From Minisyncoccia bacterium (GTDB taxonomy: Bacteria; Patescibacteriota; Minisyncoccia; Phycocordibacterales; UBA918), in NCBI GenBank assembly GCA_046293175.1, contig JBKBPM010000001.1:235446-299445 (forward strand): a DNA stretch of 64,000 nt. Direction: 5' to 3'. This document shows positions 62,894 to 64,000 of this stretch, in pieces. Under the pieces are notes generated by a model that was not told where the DNA came from, made no database searches, and was given only the letters and a program-made list of their open reading frames with translations. The stretch's first letter is position 1. The number at the start of each line of letters is the position of its first letter. The position numbers and the translations under genes are program-made.

Positions 62894-64000
62894 CTACTCT
62901 CCTCCTTTGGGTAAAGCCAGGAACTCGCCAATTGCCTCAGGTGAGAAGAGCTCCTGATAGATTTCATTAAGGTATGCAGCTGATACTGTGTTTTGGAGCC
63001 AGTTTTTATAATCTGCTTCAGTGACAACCTGTCCAGTGTAGCTCATGCTCATCATCGCAGCATCAAGACGGCTTGTGAGAGTTTCAAGATCGAAGTTGGT
63101 CTGGAGTAGTAGTCGCTTTTGGGTAGCTGCGACGTGGGTTTCGTTCGTTACTGTTTTTGCAATTCGTTCTGGTAATTCTGCTCTGATTGTCGATACAACT
63201 TCTGATGTTGAGAGAGGGATTTTAATTGTCCAAATGAGTCGGTTATTATCAAAATCCATTTCGTACTCTAGCCCGTACGACCAGCCATTTTCGTGCCGAA
63301 TCCAGTTTGTGAGTGTGCCGAAGTCTTCGTGTGTAAGTAAGTGTAGAATAAAATCAACCGCCCACATTCTTTCAAGGCTGAAGTGAGTGCTGATGCCTCC
63401 AATATGATAGATGCTCGCATCAATTTCTGAAGTGGTGAATTCGTGAAATGATTGTTGTTGCCAACAAGGGATTTGGAACTTAGGCAGCAGAACACGTTCC
63501 CTATTTGCTAGGGGAAGAACTGAAAGTTGTGTAATAAGAGTATCGAGATCAAAAGTTCCTGCTACAAATATTTTAATTGGTTGGTTGAAGTAGTTTTTGT
63601 GCGCTACTTGCAGCTTCTCTTGAGTAATAGCATCGAGACTTTCATCACTCCCAAATAGCTGTTCACGAGAATAGTACTGTTTATTCATCCATTTGGTATA
63701 GGCATAATGTGATAGCTCGTCTTCTCCAGGAAAGTATTTACGTTGAAGACGTTCATTTTTAATAATACCTTGCTGCAAAGCAATATCATCGGTATTAAAC
63801 ACCGGGGAGACGATGTGATTGAGAAAAGCCGGAAAAGTTGTTGCAAAGGTCTCAGCAGGTGCTTCAAAGTTATAATCCGTTATCAACGGACCTGTCCAGG
63901 CATTAAAACTAGAGCCAGTAACAGAAAGGATTTCCTGATACGCTTTTTTATCAGGGTAGATCACTGAGCGCTCAAAACACATGTGTTCAATAAAATGAAA
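62894..64000 (-). CDS. M16 (pitrilysin/insulinase) family zinc peptidase, N-terminus beyond the window end
   Basis: The inverted zinc-binding motif HFIEH (HxxEH) is encoded at the window edge (63979-63993) with the frame open to nt 64000. M16 domain architecture. Confidence 0.7.
   Translation of the reverse strand, partial: FHFIEHMCFERSVIYPDKKAYQEILSVTGSSFNAWTGPLITDYNFEAPAETFATTFPAFLNHIVSPVFNTDDIALQQGIIKNERLQRKYFPGEDELSHYAYTKWMNKQYYSREQLFGSDESLDAITQEKLQVAHKNYFNQPIKIFVAGTFDLDTLITQLSVLPLANRERVLLPKFQIPCWQQQSFHEFTTSEIDASIYHIGGISTHFSLERMWAVDFILHLLTHEDFGTLTNWIRHENGWSYGLEYEMDFDNNRLIWTIKIPLSTSEVVSTIRAELPERIAKTVTNETHVAATQKRLLLQTNFDLETLTSRLDAAMMSMSYTGQVVTEADYKNWLQNTVSAAYLNEIYQELFSPEAIGEFLALPKGGE

Overview
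This 64 kb window looks like a low-GC (about 45%) bacterial chromosome segment from a small-genome, CPR/Saccharibacteria-like organism. Genes are short and tightly packed, many -10 boxes sit directly on the start codon (leaderless mRNAs), and the division/cell-wall (dcw) cluster is split. On the + strand at 1-4.7 kb are mraZ (5' partial), rsmH, ftsL, ftsI and murF. On the - strand at 46-51 kb are murG, ftsW, mraY, a PBP5-like carboxypeptidase and scpB, with scpA further on. Housekeeping genes include cysS, gltX, trpS, an AsnRS/AspRS class IIb synthetase, dnaB, recR, ung, truB, rmuC, rplU, rplI, rpmA, ppiB-like, ctpA-like, and M23, M29 and M16 peptidases. One clear tRNA-Glu(UUC) lies on the - strand at 9015-9086, next to a duplicated 5' tRNA fragment and a frameshifted, N-terminally truncated NYN-domain pseudogene, which suggests a decayed insertion hotspot. 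Four loci stand out. (1) A roughly 700 bp segment at 57.7-58.4 kb has about 63% GC, encodes a 228-codon frame interrupted by one in-frame TAG, and is bounded by a native-looking terminator. (2) A gene at 20560-20937 (-) has a strong RBS but one in-frame TGA after codon 24. (3) A XerC/D-type tyrosine recombinase at 40382-41338 (-) is flanked by 0.8 and 1.1 kb of non-coding DNA carrying direct repeats and palindromes. (4) A GC-rich element of about 300 nt at 51.4-51.7 kb, between scpB and scpA, has its own promoter and terminator and shares a palindromic motif with the recombinase flank. Other unusual proteins are a 626-aa aldehyde-dehydrogenase-like fusion protein, an FAD-linked oxidase with a lysine-rich histone-H1-like N-terminus, an extremely acidic secreted protein with two Fn3-like repeats, and a glutaredoxin fused to a CcdA/DsbD-like membrane domain. 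All calls rest on reading motifs in the supplied translations; no database searches were possible.
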